Assembly (NCBI GenBank): GCA_963732325.1
Contig: CAVSYZ010000003.1
Span: 31,079-95,078 of the forward strand
Direction: 5' to 3'
Length of the DNA stretch: 64,000 nt
Origin: an uncultured Acidobacteriota bacterium
Lineage (GTDB): Bacteria > Acidobacteriota > Terriglobia > Acidiferrales > UBA7541
Shown here: piece by piece, positions 1-11,152 of the stretch
Layout: every line of letters starts with the position of its first letter
Numbering within the stretch: the first letter of the stretch is position 1
Notes under the pieces: model-generated
Databases searched by the model: none
The model's input: only the letters and a program-made list of their open reading frames with translations
Told to the model about the DNA's origin: nothing
Program-made: the position numbers and the translations under genes

Positions 1-1334
<1,334 letters not shown>

Positions 1335-1352
1335 GCGAAATTTGGCCCCGTG

Positions 1353-1823
1353 CTACCAGCGATAGTGGGCGAACGCTTTGTTCGCTTCCGCCATGCGGTG
1401 CACGTCCTCCTTTTTCTTAACCGCTCCGCCGCGTCCGTTTGCGGCGTCCATGATCTCTTCCGCCAGCTTGTCCGTCATCGTCTTGCCGCTGCGCGTGCGC
1501 GAATACAGCACCAGCCAGTGAATTGCCAGCGACTGCCGGCGAAACGGATTTACTTCCACCGGAACCTGGTAGTTCGCGCCGCCTACGCGCCGCGTTTTCA
1601 CTTCCAGCACCGGTTTGCAATTCTCAATCGCCTTCTTGAACAGCTTGAAGGAATCGTCGTTCGTCTTCTTCGCCACCTGATCCATGGCGTTATAGAAAAT
1701 CGACTGCGCCGTGGCGCGCTTGCCGTCGTACATCATGCTGGAAATGAACTTCTGCACCAGGTCGCTTCCGAAAACCGGATCCCCTGGAATCTTGCGGCGT
1801 AGTACCCATCCTTTACGTGGCAT
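1353..1823 (-). CDS. rpsG: 30S ribosomal protein S7
   Basis: 156 aa, [44 protein letters not shown]...[16 protein letters not shown] is a typical S7. It lies between rpsL and fusA. Confidence 0.97.
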   Translation of the reverse strand: MPRKGWVLRRKIPGDPVFGSDLVQKFISSMMYDGKRATAQSIFYNAMDQVAKKTNDDSFKLFKKAIENCKPVLEVKTRRVGGANYQVPVEVNPFRRQSLAIHWLVLYSRTRSGKTMTDKLAEEIMDAANGRGGAVKKKEDVHRMAEANKAFAHYRW

Positions 1824-1835
1824 CGTTCCGCTCTC

Positions 1836-2219
1836 CTACTTCTGTGCGGCTTTAGGCCGCTTGGCGCCGTACTTCGAGCGCGCTTGTTTTCGATTTTCAA
1901 CGCCTGCTGCATCCAATGTCCCGCGCACGATGTGATAACGCACGCCCGGCAGATCCTTCACGCGGCCGCCGCGCACCAATACGATAGAGTGTTCCTGCAA
2001 ATTGTGGCCAATGCCGGGAATGTACGTGGTGACTTCAGCGCTGTTCGTCAGGCGGGCGCGCGCCACCTTGCGCAGCGCGGAGTTCGGCTTCTTCGGTGTC
2101 TGAGTGTAAACACGAACGCACACTCCGCGCTTCTCAGGACATCCATCCAACGCGGGTGACTTGGTCTTCACCCGGATCTTCTCCCGGCCGTTACGCACGA
2201 GCTGTGAAAACGTCGGCAC
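1836..2219 (-). CDS. rpsL: 30S ribosomal protein S12
   Basis: The track ORF 1836..2351 is over-extended. S12 homology begins at [14 protein letters not shown]... (GTG at 2219-2217), preceded by AGGGGGAAAG as [17 protein letters not shown] and [13 protein letters not shown] motifs are present. Confidence 0.93.
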   Translation of the reverse strand: MPTFSQLVRNGREKIRVKTKSPALDGCPEKRGVCVRVYTQTPKKPNSALRKVARARLTNSAEVTTYIPGIGHNLQEHSIVLVRGGRVKDLPGVRYHIVRGTLDAAGVENRKQARSKYGAKRPKAAQK

Positions 2220-2562
2220 GCTTTCCCCCTGTTCCCCAAAAAACTCGCTTCGAAAAACTCGCCAGTTGAAAAACTTCGCGCAAATTTCCGCGCACGGCAA
2301 ATAAGCCCGCGCAGAATTCGGCGAGTGAATGATGCGGAAAAGGCGCCACACCCGAAGGAATTACCAGGTACTCCGCGAAAACGAGTCACCCCAAGGAGTG
2401 AACTGCATCTTCTACTAATCTGCGGAGAGGCTCACACGGCTTTGCGGGGCTGGCGCCCCATTTCGGCCGCTCTTTCTTGCCCCGTTCCGTCGCTCTTTGT
2501 TCCGGGGCACGAAAGACTTCCCTAATCACCACTGGGTCCAATGACCCTCAGACAACCGAGGA

Positions 2563-2591
2563 AGTATAAGAGAATCAATGGGTCTTGTCAA
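2563..2591 (-). promoter_or_regulatory. Predicted sigma70 promoter of the rpsL-rpsG-fusA operon
   Basis: Minus strand reads TTGACA (2591-2586), a 17-nt spacer, then TATACT (2568-2563), which is near consensus. This implies a leader of about 336 nt before the rpsL GTG. Confidence 0.5.
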
Positions 2592-3006
2592 CTCGATTCC
2601 ATCCAAAAAATAAATCCGCCAGGTTGGCCTATCCCTTGCTCCCCACAGCTTGCACTTCTGCCGATCCTCAGCGCACCCGCCTCGCCAGCTAGTCGAAAAT
2701 TTTCATCTTCGATTTCTCGGCTCCGCCGCAAAATCGCCCCCGTCACGCCGTCTCAAAATGGGAAATATGGGCCAGTCCAGCGAATTAAACGGCTATCCGG
2801 CAGATTACAAGGTGCTTACATCAACCTCGCCGCCTCAACGCGACGCCGTGCCCGTACCGCGTCGCTACCGCTCCCGCGGTTCTCCCGCGCCAGATCCGAC
2901 TGCAAGCCGTTTCATCATTGCCTACGCCACCAAGCCCTGCCGCTTTACCCCACCCAACAACGCACCTACACTGCCTACGTCTAAGTAATTCCCACAGGGA
3001 GTACCG

Positions 3007-6000
3007 ATGAAGAGATTTTACATCGCTGCACTCTGCGCGCTTCTGTTCTCAGTTGCAGCTTCGGCGCAACAGCCCGACACAGACAAGTGGCGCAAGATTC
3101 CTCTAACCACAAATCCAACTCCGCATAAATCTCCACCCCCTGCTCCAAAGCCACCACCAGCCGACTACTCCCAGGAACCCTTCGTCATCGAGCAGTACCA
3201 CACCAGCGCGCGTTTTGAAAACGATGGCACCAGTGAACGCGATCTCGCCGTCCGCGTCCGCGTGCAAAGCGATGCCGGCGTGCAACAACTCGGCGAACTT
3301 GTCTTTGGTTACAACTCCGCGAATGAAGTAATGGACGTCCGCTTCGTGCGCGTGAAAAAGAAAGACGGCTCAGTCGTCACCGCCTCAGCCGACGCAGTGA
3401 AAGACATGACCGCCAGTGTCGCCCGCGATGCTCCCGAATACACCGACTACAAGGAAAAGCACGTCACCGTGCCCTCGCTCCATGCCGGCGACACCATCGA
3501 GTACGAAATCGCAACGCGCACCGTCACCGCGCTCGCGCCCGGAAATTTCTGGTTCGACTACGCCTTCGTCAAAGATGCGATCGTTCTCGACGAGCGTCTC
3601 GACGTCAATCTCCCGGCGGGCCGCGTGCACTATTTCCGCGTCGCGGCGCACCTGCAAGACGTGATCGACTACGCGGGCGATCGCGAAATTCACCACTGGC
3701 AGCACGCCAATCTCACGCGCCCATCCGAATCCCAGAAAACCAAGAATAAATCGCTGCCGCCCGCGGAACCTACGCCCGACGTGCAATTCACCACCTTCAC
3801 CTCGTGGGCTCAAGTCGCCGACTGGTACGCCAATCTTGAAAAAGGCCGCAGCGACCCCACCCCCGAAATCCGCATCAAGACTCAAGAGTTGATTCAAGGC
3901 CGCGCCACCGAGCTCGAAAAAATTGCCGCGCTCTACGATTACGTCGCAAAAAATATTCGCTACGTCAGCCTTTCCTTCGGCCTCGGCCGTTACCAGCCGC
4001 ATTCCGCCGCCGATGTTTTCAAAAATCAATACGGCGATTGCAAGGACAAGCACACTCTGCTCGCAGCCATGCTGCAAGCCGCGAACATCCCTTCCGACGC
4101 GGTCTTGATCCCCTTCGCGCGCAAACTCGATCTCGACGTTCCCTCGCCTTCGCAATTCGATCACATGATCACCGCCGTCCCCATCGGCGACGAATTAATC
4201 TGGATGGATTCCACCGCCGAAGTCGCGCCCTTCCGCCTGCTCTCCCCTCCGCTGCGCAGTAAGTCCGCTCTGCTCGTCGAACCCGATGGCGCCGGCAAAA
4301 TTGTCCAAACTCCGGTGGATCCCCCGTTCCTCTCCACGCAGCACGTCGAAATCGAAGCGCATGTAAACGATCTCGGCAAGCTAACCGCCACGCTGCGCTA
4401 TTTCCTCCGCGGCGACAACGAGTACGCTCTGCGCGTCGCGTTCCGCCGCACGCCTGAAACGCAATGGAAAGAACTTGGCCAGACCATCGCCGCGCTCGAT
4501 GGCATCAAAGGCGAAATCACCAATGTAAAACCGAGCGATCCCTCCGACACTGAAAAACCCTTCGAGCTCGATCTCGATTTCGCGCAAGCAAATTACCTCG
4601 ACTGGTCCAGCAAAAAATCCAAAGTCGGCGTCCCGCTCCTCGCCATCGGCTTGCCGGACGCGAACGAAGATTCCGCCGACCCTATCCATCTCGGCAGCCC
4701 GCTCGACGTCAACATGGACCTGAGAATGACGCTGCCCGACAATTTCTCGGCGCGCGCTCCGGTCGCTGTCTCGGTCGAACGCGACTACGCCGACTTTAAA
4801 TCCATCTATCATTTCGAAAACCACACGCTCACCGCGCAACGCTCCTTGAATTTCAAAATGCGCGAGCTCCCCGCCACGCGCGTCAGTGATTACCTCGCGT
4901 TCTCCCGCGCCGTCGAATCCGACGAAACCCAGCTACTCACCGTAGAAAATTCCACCACCGGCGCGCCCACCATTCCCACCACTGTCAGCGCCGACGAACT
5001 CCTCGAAGCCGGAATCGCCGCGCTCAACGCCGGAAATGTTCGCGAAGCCATTCCGCTGCTACAACACGCCGTCGAGATTGATCCTAAAAGCAAGCAGGGC
5101 TGGAACGATCTCGGCCTCGCCTACTTGCGCCTCGGCCAATTCGACGATGCCGCCGCCGCATTCCAGAAACAAATTTCGGCCAATCCCTACGACGAACACG
5201 TTTACAACTACCTTGGCCTCACGCTGCAGCAGCAGCAGAAATTTCCCGAAGCCGCCGACGCCTTCCGCAAACAGATCGCAGTAAATCCGCTCGATCCCGT
5301 AGCCCACGCCGCCCTGGGCGCGCTTTTCCTCGCGCAGCACAAATACTCGGAAGCCATTCCGGAACTCGACAAAGCCACCGTCCTCGCTCCAGACAACGCC
5401 GAACTTGAGGTCAGCCTCGGCCAGGCCCTCCTCAACACCGGAGAAAAAGATAAAGCGCTGGAAGCATTCGAAAAAGGTGTGGAACTATCGCAAACGCCCG
5501 TGGTGTGGAACAACGTCGCGTTCGCTCTCGCGGAGCACAATCTAGAACTCGACAAAGCCGCGCAATACGCGGAATCCGCAATCGCTGCCACCACCGCAAA
5601 TCTTCGCAATATCGTGCTCTCGCGCCTCTCGCTCGACGATCTCAATCAGGTCGCGAGCATCGGCGTTTACTGGGACACGCTCGGCTGGATCAATTTCCGC
5701 AAAGGCGATCTCGACCAGGCCGAACGTTACATCCGTGCCGCCTGGCTGCTCAATCAGCATGGCGAAGTCGGCGACCATCTCGCGCAAATCTATGAAAAAC
5801 GCGGAGACAAGCAACAAGCCGCCCGCATGTACGCCGAAGCCATCGCCGCCGCGCATTCCGTCCCCGAAACGCGCGCGCGCCTGATTGTTCTGCTCGGTGG
5901 CAACGCCGGAATTGACGAACTCGTCGCGAAAAATAAACCTGAGCTTACGAAATCTCGCGTTTTCCCAGCAGGAGATCTCTTGAAACAAAACGCCCGCGCC

Positions 6001-6243
6001 GATTTCTTCGTCCTGCTCTCACCCGGCGCAAGAAATCCGAAAGTCGAAGCAGTAAAATTCGTCAGCGGGAGTCAGGACCTGCGCCCGTTCGCAGAAAAAC
6101 TGCGCGCCCTGGAGTTCGGCCCCATGTTTCCCGACGCCTCGCCCGCAAAACTAGTCCGCCGCGGCACCCTGGCGTGCGCAGCCACAACAGGAAGCTGCAC
6201 CTTCACCCTGGCGCTCCCCGAAGACGTCCGCATCTTGAATTAA
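3007..6243 (+). CDS. Secreted DUF3857/transglutaminase-like domain protein with C-terminal TPR repeats
   Basis: 1078 aa with signal peptide MKRFYIAALCALLFSVAASAQQ. Transglutaminase-core motif QYGDCKDKHTLLAAML. The C-terminal third contains repeated TPR-like units (GWNDLGLAYLRLGQFDDAAAAFQKQI, YNYLGLTLQQQQKFPEAADAFRKQI, and others). Confidence 0.8.
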   Translation: MKRFYIAALCALLFSVAASAQQPDTDKWRKIPLTTNPTPHKSPPPAPKPPPADYSQEPFVIEQYHTSARFENDGTSERDLAVRVRVQSDAGVQQLGELVFGYNSANEVMDVRFVRVKKKDGSVVTASADAVKDMTASVARDAPEYTDYKEKHVTVPSLHAGDTIEYEIATRTVTALAPGNFWFDYAFVKDAIVLDERLDVNLPAGRVHYFRVAAHLQDVIDYAGDREIHHWQHANLTRPSESQKTKNKSLPPAEPTPDVQFTTFTSWAQVADWYANLEKGRSDPTPEIRIKTQELIQGRATELEKIAALYDYVAKNIRYVSLSFGLGRYQPHSAADVFKNQYGDCKDKHTLLAAMLQAANIPSDAVLIPFARKLDLDVPSPSQFDHMITAVPIGDELIWMDSTAEVAPFRLLSPPLRSKSALLVEPDGAGKIVQTPVDPPFLSTQHVEIEAHVNDLGKLTATLRYFLRGDNEYALRVAFRRTPETQWKELGQTIAALDGIKGEITNVKPSDPSDTEKPFELDLDFAQANYLDWSSKKSKVGVPLLAIGLPDANEDSADPIHLGSPLDVNMDLRMTLPDNFSARAPVAVSVERDYADFKSIYHFENHTLTAQRSLNFKMRELPATRVSDYLAFSRAVESDETQLLTVENSTTGAPTIPTTVSADELLEAGIAALNAGNVREAIPLLQHAVEIDPKSKQGWNDLGLAYLRLGQFDDAAAAFQKQISANPYDEHVYNYLGLTLQQQQKFPEAADAFRKQIAVNPLDPVAHAALGALFLAQHKYSEAIPELDKATVLAPDNAELEVSLGQALLNTGEKDKALEAFEKGVELSQTPVVWNNVAFALAEHNLELDKAAQYAESAIAATTANLRNIVLSRLSLDDLNQVASIGVYWDTLGWINFRKGDLDQAERYIRAAWLLNQHGEVGDHLAQIYEKRGDKQQAARMYAEAIAAAHSVPETRARLIVLLGGNAGIDELVAKNKPELTKSRVFPAGDLLKQNARADFFVLLSPGARNPKVEAVKFVSGSQDLRPFAEKLRALEFGPMFPDASPAKLVRRGTLACAATTGSCTFTLALPEDVRILN

Positions 6244-6308
6244 AACGCAGCGCCGCTGCATGGGAACGCCAATCTTCCGATTAGCGTTATTGCTTTGGAC
6301 TTTGGTTT

Positions 6309-6352
6309 TGTAGCGGCCGCCTGCTTTTTTAGGCGGGCGTCGTTGACTTTGA
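6309..6352. repeat. REP-like hairpin repeat, family 1 (GTAGCGGC-hairpin-CTTTGACTT), copy 1
   Basis: tgtagcggccgcctgcttttttaggcgggcgtcgttgactttga, with stem GCCGCCT/AGGCGG(G)C. It sits between convergent genes. The same element occurs at 11965, 18808 and 18868. Confidence 0.75.
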
Positions 6353-6436
6353 CCTCGATTTCTTCTCTGCAGAAATTCCAGATGAGGAATAAACGACAAC
6401 CAGGCAATCTCACAACTTCACCAAAAAAAACGCGCC

Positions 6437-7012
6437 CTACTTAATCTCCATCACTTCCTTCTCTTTCGCCGCCGACAAATCCTCGATCTTCTTAGTCTCC
6501 GAATGTGTCACCTTCTCCAACTCATCCAGCGATCTCTTCCGCTCATCCTCGCTGATCTTTTTTTCCTTCTCCAATTTCTCCACGCCTTCCTTGATGTCCC
6601 GCCGTATATTCCGTATCGCAGTCCGGTGATTTTCCAGCACCTTGTGAATGTGCTTCACCATGTCTTTGCGCCGGTCCTCGGTCAAAGCCGGAATCGGCAC
6701 GCGCACGACTTTCCCGTCATTCGTAGGATTCAATCCCAGATCCGTCAACCGTATCGCCTTGTCAATCAGTGCCACGGCCCCCGGATCCCATGGCGAAATC
6801 ACAATCGTCGAAGCGTCCGGCACATTCAACGTCCCCAGCTGATTGATCGGCATCGGCGTGCCGTGATAATCCACGCGCACGTGATCCAGCAGCGCCGTGT
6901 TCGCGCGCCCCGTGCGCACGCTCCCCAGCTCCTTGCGGAAATCTTCCACGGCTTTTTCCATGCGCGTTTTGGCTTGCGCCAATGCGTCTTTACTAGTGGC
7001 AATCACAGTCAT
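6437..7012 (-). CDS. frr: Ribosome recycling factor
   Basis: Homology starts at MTVIATSKDALAQAKTRMEKAVEDFRKELGSVRTGRAN (ATG 7012-7010). The track start at 7069 would overlap the pyrH stop. Conserved rpsB-tsf-pyrH-frr order. Confidence 0.93.
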   Translation of the reverse strand: MTVIATSKDALAQAKTRMEKAVEDFRKELGSVRTGRANTALLDHVRVDYHGTPMPINQLGTLNVPDASTIVISPWDPGAVALIDKAIRLTDLGLNPTNDGKVVRVPIPALTEDRRKDMVKHIHKVLENHRTAIRNIRRDIKEGVEKLEKEKKISEDERKRSLDELEKVTHSETKKIEDLSAAKEKEVMEIK

Positions 7013-7040
7013 CGAAAAGTTCGCCTCCGCTCTTCGTCTT

Positions 7041-7922
7041 TCACGCCATCGTGACCACTGAGCCGACACGCTCGCCCAGCACCACGCGCTTCAGATTCCC
7101 CGGAACAGTCATATTGAACACGACGATCGGCATTTGGTTGTCCATGCACAGCGAAATCGCCGTCGCGTCCATCACCGAAAGCCCTTTTTGCAGCACGTCC
7201 AGGTAGGTGATCGTCTCGAATTTCGTCGCGCCCTTCACTTTTTCAGGGTCCGCGTCATACACGCCGTCCACACGAGTAGCCTTCAGAATTACCTGCGCCT
7301 TGATTTCCATCGCGCGCAACGCCGCCGCCGTGTCCGTCGAAAAATAGGGATTCCCGGTGCCAGCCGCGAAAATCACTACGCGGCCCTTCTCCAGATGCCG
7401 CGTCGCCCGCCGCCGGATAAACGGCTCCGCCACCTGGTGCATTTCAATCGCGCTGAGTAACCGCGTGTGACAACCTGCTTTTTCCAGCGCGTCCAGCATC
7501 GCGAGGCCATTGATCACCGTCGCCAGCATGCCCATGTAATCGCCGGTCGCGCGGTCAATCGCCAATTCCTTCTGCCGCGTGCCGCGAAAAAAATTTCCGC
7601 CGCCCACCACGATCGCCACCTGCACGCCCAAGTCGCAAATCTCTTTCACCTCATGCGCCATTCCCTGGATCGTCTCGGCGTGAATTCCGGATTCCTGCGG
7701 CCCCGCCAGCGATTCTCCGGAAAGTTTCAAAACGAGCCGCTGATAAACCGGCCCGCCATTCGGGGCGGCAATTTCTGTCACAGAAGTCTGTATCGAAGAC
7801 TTTCCCCTGGAATCGCTGCTCGCCGGCGCCTTCTGTCCCTTGCTTCGTGCGGCTTTTTTGGTCACGGATGAGCCAGCCCCTCTGGCCGCGCGTATTTTAG
7901 CAGAGAATCCCCGCAACCTCAC
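7041..7922 (-). CDS. pyrH: UMP kinase (start uncertain; conserved core begins near 7760)
   Basis: [15 protein letters not shown]...[10 protein letters not shown]...[20 protein letters not shown]...[20 protein letters not shown] matches PyrH. The first ~50 codons of the track ORF are low-complexity (K/S/A-rich). An alternative GTG lies at 7781. Confidence 0.85.
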   Translation of the reverse strand: MRLRGFSAKIRAARGAGSSVTKKAARSKGQKAPASSDSRGKSSIQTSVTEIAAPNGGPVYQRLVLKLSGESLAGPQESGIHAETIQGMAHEVKEICDLGVQVAIVVGGGNFFRGTRQKELAIDRATGDYMGMLATVINGLAMLDALEKAGCHTRLLSAIEMHQVAEPFIRRRATRHLEKGRVVIFAAGTGNPYFSTDTAAALRAMEIKAQVILKATRVDGVYDADPEKVKGATKFETITYLDVLQKGLSVMDATAISLCMDNQMPIVVFNMTVPGNLKRVVLGERVGSVVTMA

Positions 7923-7997
7923 ACAACGTTGCTCTTACGCGCATAGATGTCGCCTTCGTCATGGCCGCTTCGCCCTGGGCGTCAACAAATAGCGGTC

Positions 7998-8026
7998 TGT
8001 AGGGATGGGTCTCAGACACACCCGCC
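7998..8026. repeat. Degenerate copy of palindromic repeat family 2
   Basis: tgtagggatgggtctcagacacacccgcc resembles tgtaggggcgggtctcagacccgcccc at 9947-9973. It lies in the tsf-pyrH intergenic region. Confidence 0.45.
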
Positions 8027-8046
8027 GTTCGCCGGCCCATCCGCGC

Positions 8047-8075
8047 AAAAAAAATCCGCCGCAAGACGCGGCGGA
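8047..8075 (-). terminator. Intrinsic terminator downstream of tsf
   Basis: Minus strand reads TCCGCCGC-gtctt-GCGGCGGA followed by TTTTTTTT. It lies about 30 nt after the tsf stop. Confidence 0.8.
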
Positions 8076-8103
8076 CCGTGAAACCCTCCACATCACACAA
8101 TAA

Positions 8104-8799
8104 CTACGCGCTCGGCACCGGCACAGGGGCCTCAGGTTCAGCACCAGCCGCTGGCCGTTGTCCCGCCCCATCCATCTCTCCCACCTTGAATCTCGAAAAA
8201 CGGCGCACCGCAATATTCTCCCCGATCTTCGCGATCGTGTGGTCAATCAGCTCCTTCACCGTCAGCCCCTCATCCTTGATGAAGTGCTGCTCGTACAAGC
8301 AATTCTCTTCGTAAAATTTTTCCATCTTTCCGCTGACGATCTTCTCGACCACCGCTTCCGGCTTGCCCGTCGCCTTGGCCTGTTCCTTGTAAATTTCCCG
8401 CTCGCGGTCCAGCGTTTCCTGGGTCACGTCCTCGCGCCGCAGAAAACGCGGATCGAGCGCCGCAATATGCATCGCCACGTCATGGCACAAACGCTGAAAA
8501 TCATCCGTGCGCGCCACGAAATCGCTCTCGCAGTTCACTTCGATCAATACGCCGATTTTCCCGCCCGCGTGAATGTAGCAACTCACCAATCCCTCGGACG
8601 TCGCTCGCTGCGCCTTCTTCGCGGCCGTCGCCTGCCCTTTCTTGCGCAGCAGATCAATCGCCCGCTCGATGTCACCAGTTGCTTCAACCAGCGCTTCGCG
8701 GCATGCCGCGAAACCCACGCCGGTGCGATCGCGCAGTTCCTTCACCTGCTGCGCCGAAATATTCGGTTTTCCGTCTGCCGTTGCCATAATTGTACTCAA
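8104..8799 (-). CDS. tsf: Elongation factor Ts
   Basis: 231 aa. [42 protein letters not shown] (UBA-like N-terminus) followed by [18 protein letters not shown]. The start may instead be the second Met at 8787. Confidence 0.93.
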   Translation of the reverse strand: MSTIMATADGKPNISAQQVKELRDRTGVGFAACREALVEATGDIERAIDLLRKKGQATAAKKAQRATSEGLVSCYIHAGGKIGVLIEVNCESDFVARTDDFQRLCHDVAMHIAALDPRFLRREDVTQETLDREREIYKEQAKATGKPEAVVEKIVSGKMEKFYEENCLYEQHFIKDEGLTVKELIDHTIAKIGENIAVRRFSRFKVGEMDGAGQRPAAGAEPEAPVPVPSA

Positions 8800-8890
8800 T
8801 TCCTTTTTATGATTTGGGGACGCACTCTGTGCACGGCTGGACCGCCCCGCTCAACTCCAGCGATTGCAAATGAAAGTGCGAGGACCGCTG

Positions 8891-9775
8891 CTATCGAGGC
8901 TGCGTCTCGTCTTCGGTCGGCACGGCTGCAGCGGCTGCTTCTTCGGCCGCCACCACATCGCCCGGCTCCCCTTCCACGAAATCGCCTTCCTGTTTCTCGT
9001 AAACTTCGTAGGCGCTGGTGTCCACGTAATCCACGCCTTCTTCGCCGCTGCCTTCAATCGCCTTCTGATCGGCGATCTGCGTCTGCTCGAAGGACTGGTG
9101 GCCCACGATCACCGCATCCGAAATCTTCGAAGTGAACAGGCGAATCGCGCGCAACGCATCATCGTTGCCCGGAATCACCCAATCCACCAGATCCGGATCG
9201 CAGTTCGTATCCACAATCGCCACCACCGGAATGCCCATGCGGCGCGCTTCGTGCACCGCGATCAGCTCCGCGTTCGGATCAATCACAAACAGCGCATCCG
9301 GAAGCGTGGTCATATTCTCCACGCCGGAAAAATTTTGCTTCAAATGTTTCAGCTCGCGTTCCAGCCGCGCCGCTTCCTTCTTGGAAAACTGCGCCATCCG
9401 CCCGTCTTCCACCATGCCCTTCAGCAGCTTCAATCGCTTGATGGATTTCTGCAGCGTCACCCAGTTTGTCATGGTGCCACCCAGCCAGCGGTGGTTCACG
9501 TAGAACATGCCGCAGCGGTTCGCTTCTTCAGCGATGGCTTCCTGCGCCTGGCGCTTCGTCCCGAGAAAAAGAACTCGTTTGCCTTGTCCCGCCAGCTCGG
9601 CCACGTAGCGCGCGGCGTCGCGGAACATCTTCAAGGTCTTCTGCAGGTCAATAATGTGGATTCCATTGCGTTCCCCGAAAATATATTCCTTCATCTTCGG
9701 GTTCCAGCGGCGCGTCTGGTGGCCAAAATGAACTCCAGCCTCCAGCAGTTCTTTCATCGTAATTTCGACTCCCAA
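8891..9775 (-). CDS. rpsB: 30S ribosomal protein S2
   Basis: [41 protein letters not shown] is a classic S2 N-terminus. Acidic C-terminal tail. Upstream of tsf. Confidence 0.96.
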   Translation of the reverse strand: MGVEITMKELLEAGVHFGHQTRRWNPKMKEYIFGERNGIHIIDLQKTLKMFRDAARYVAELAGQGKRVLFLGTKRQAQEAIAEEANRCGMFYVNHRWLGGTMTNWVTLQKSIKRLKLLKGMVEDGRMAQFSKKEAARLERELKHLKQNFSGVENMTTLPDALFVIDPNAELIAVHEARRMGIPVVAIVDTNCDPDLVDWVIPGNDDALRAIRLFTSKISDAVIVGHQSFEQTQIADQKAIEGSGEEGVDYVDTSAYEVYEKQEGDFVEGEPGDVVAAEEAAAAAVPTEDETQPR

Positions 9776-9950
9776 AGTTCCTCCTCTCGTGAAGGGATGC
9801 TTATTTCCCCGCGACCCGCGTGCGATCGCTAAGGCAGCATCCTTTTTTGCCGGTCCCTTCCCGGCCGTGAATTAATCAAGCCCCAATTCCTCGAAGCCTG
9901 ATCCGAACCCAACCGTTACTGCTTACCGACACTTCCAATCGCGGACTGTA

Positions 9951-9973
9951 GGGGCGGGTCTCAGACCCGCCCC
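9951..9973. repeat. Perfect 23-nt palindrome, repeat family 2 (GGGGCGGGTCTCAGACCCGCCCC)
   Basis: It lies 10 nt downstream of the rpsI stop and has no U-tract. The reverse-complement copy is at 46209-46231. Confidence 0.8.
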
Positions 9974-9982
9974 TGCCGCAAT

Positions 9983-10429
9983 CTACCGCTTGCTGAACTG
10001 GAATCTCCGTCGCGCGCCCTTCTGCCCGTACTTCTTGCGTTCCTTCATGCGCGGATCCCGCGTCAAAAATCCATTCTTGCGCAGCGCCGGGCGCAATTCC
10101 GGGTTCAACCTCGAAAGCGCGCGCGAAAGACCCATGCGCACCGCTCCAGATTGCCCGCCCACGCCGCCGCCCTTCACAATGCACTTTACTTCCACCTGGT
10201 CCAGCATCTGCGTGAACTTCAGCGGCTCCACCGCCGCCGTATTCCACGCCACGTTGCGGAAATATTCATCCACCGGCCGGCCATTCACCGTGAACCGCGC
10301 CGCGCCCTGTTTGATATACACGCGCGCGATGGATTCCCGCCGGCGCCCCGTGCCATAAAATTGTTTTGCTGTTCCTTCCAGTGAACTTGCACCTGAACTC
10401 AAAGTTCCTCCTAATTTTCCCGAGCGCAC
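9983..10429 (-). CDS. rpsI: 30S ribosomal protein S9 (start approximate)
   Basis: FYGTGRRRESIARVYIKQG...GGGVGGQSGAVRMGLSRAL...RDPRMKERKKYGQKGARRRFQFSKR. Downstream of rplM. Confidence 0.9.
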   Translation of the reverse strand: MRSGKLGGTLSSGASSLEGTAKQFYGTGRRRESIARVYIKQGAARFTVNGRPVDEYFRNVAWNTAAVEPLKFTQMLDQVEVKCIVKGGGVGGQSGAVRMGLSRALSRLNPELRPALRKNGFLTRDPRMKERKKYGQKGARRRFQFSKR

Positions 10430-10519
10430 TCCGTAAACGGAGCGCCGCCAAGGACAAGCCTGAATCGTCCCTGCGGACTAATCCGCGGAACGGTTTTTTT
10501 TCGGTTCCCGTGAACGAGG

Positions 10520-10969
10520 TTACAGCGAGAGTGGCTGAGGCTTTTGTCCGGTGTGGCGGGCGAGGCCTTCACTTCCGGCATAAACACGCAGCTTCTTTGC
10601 TCGACGCGCGCGCAGCTTGTTCTTCGGCAGCATTCCCAGCACCGCCTCGCGCACAACCTCTTCCGGCCGGCGTTGCAGCAACGTGCGGATCGGCACTTCC
10701 TTCAGTCCGCCCGGCCAGCCGCTGTGATGACGATACAACTTCTGATCGATCTTGTTGCCCGTCAACTTCACCTTCTCCGCGTTCACCACTACCACATGAT
10801 CTCCGCAATCCAGATGCGGCGTGTACGTCGGCTTATCTTTCCCAATCAGCAAACGCGCAATCCGCGTCGCCAGCCGCCCCAACACCACTCCCTCGGCGTC
10901 TATCACGAACCAGTTCTTCCCCACCATCAACTCTTCGGCCTCGCGGCCTCTTGGAATATACGTCGGCAT
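10520..10969 (-). CDS. rplM: 50S ribosomal protein L13
   Basis: MPTYIPRGREAEELMVGKNWFVIDAEGVVLGRLATRIARLLIGKDKPTYTPHLDCGDHVVVVNA. The track start at 11005 falls inside the predicted promoter, so the ATG at 10969 is preferred. Confidence 0.92.
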   Translation of the reverse strand: MPTYIPRGREAEELMVGKNWFVIDAEGVVLGRLATRIARLLIGKDKPTYTPHLDCGDHVVVVNAEKVKLTGNKIDQKLYRHHSGWPGGLKEVPIRTLLQRRPEEVVREAVLGMLPKNKLRARRAKKLRVYAGSEGLARHTGQKPQPLSL

Positions 10970-11007
10970 CTCTGCAGTCACACCTTTCCGTCTAAGGAGA
11001 AACAATG

Positions 11008-11036
11008 AGTCTAAAGTACGTCGCCATTTATGTCAA
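11008..11036 (-). promoter_or_regulatory. Predicted sigma70 promoter of rplM-rpsI
   Basis: Minus strand reads TTGACA (11036-11031), a 17-nt spacer, then TAGACT (11013-11008). Confidence 0.45.
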
Positions 11037-11152
11037 CGAGGACTAGCACACGAGGGAAAAAGAGGCAGGTCACAAAGCGCAACACAACGAAGTCAGCGGC
11101 GGACCACCGTAGGCGGCCCGCCACCTTGCAAAGCGAAACGCAGGAACTAAAC

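Noticed and set aside
2541-2988. ORFs 2541..2984 (147 aa) and 2650..2988 (112 aa) in the rpsL upstream region
   Set aside because: These are overlapping alternative frames with low-complexity P/S/R-rich products, no SD and no homology. They are treated as non-coding, but the region is flagged as unusually long.
8158-9832. Long plus-strand ORFs 8158..9135 (325 aa) and 8864..9832 (322 aa)
   Set aside because: These lie antisense to tsf and rpsB. They are extremely Arg/His-rich with no recognisable domains.
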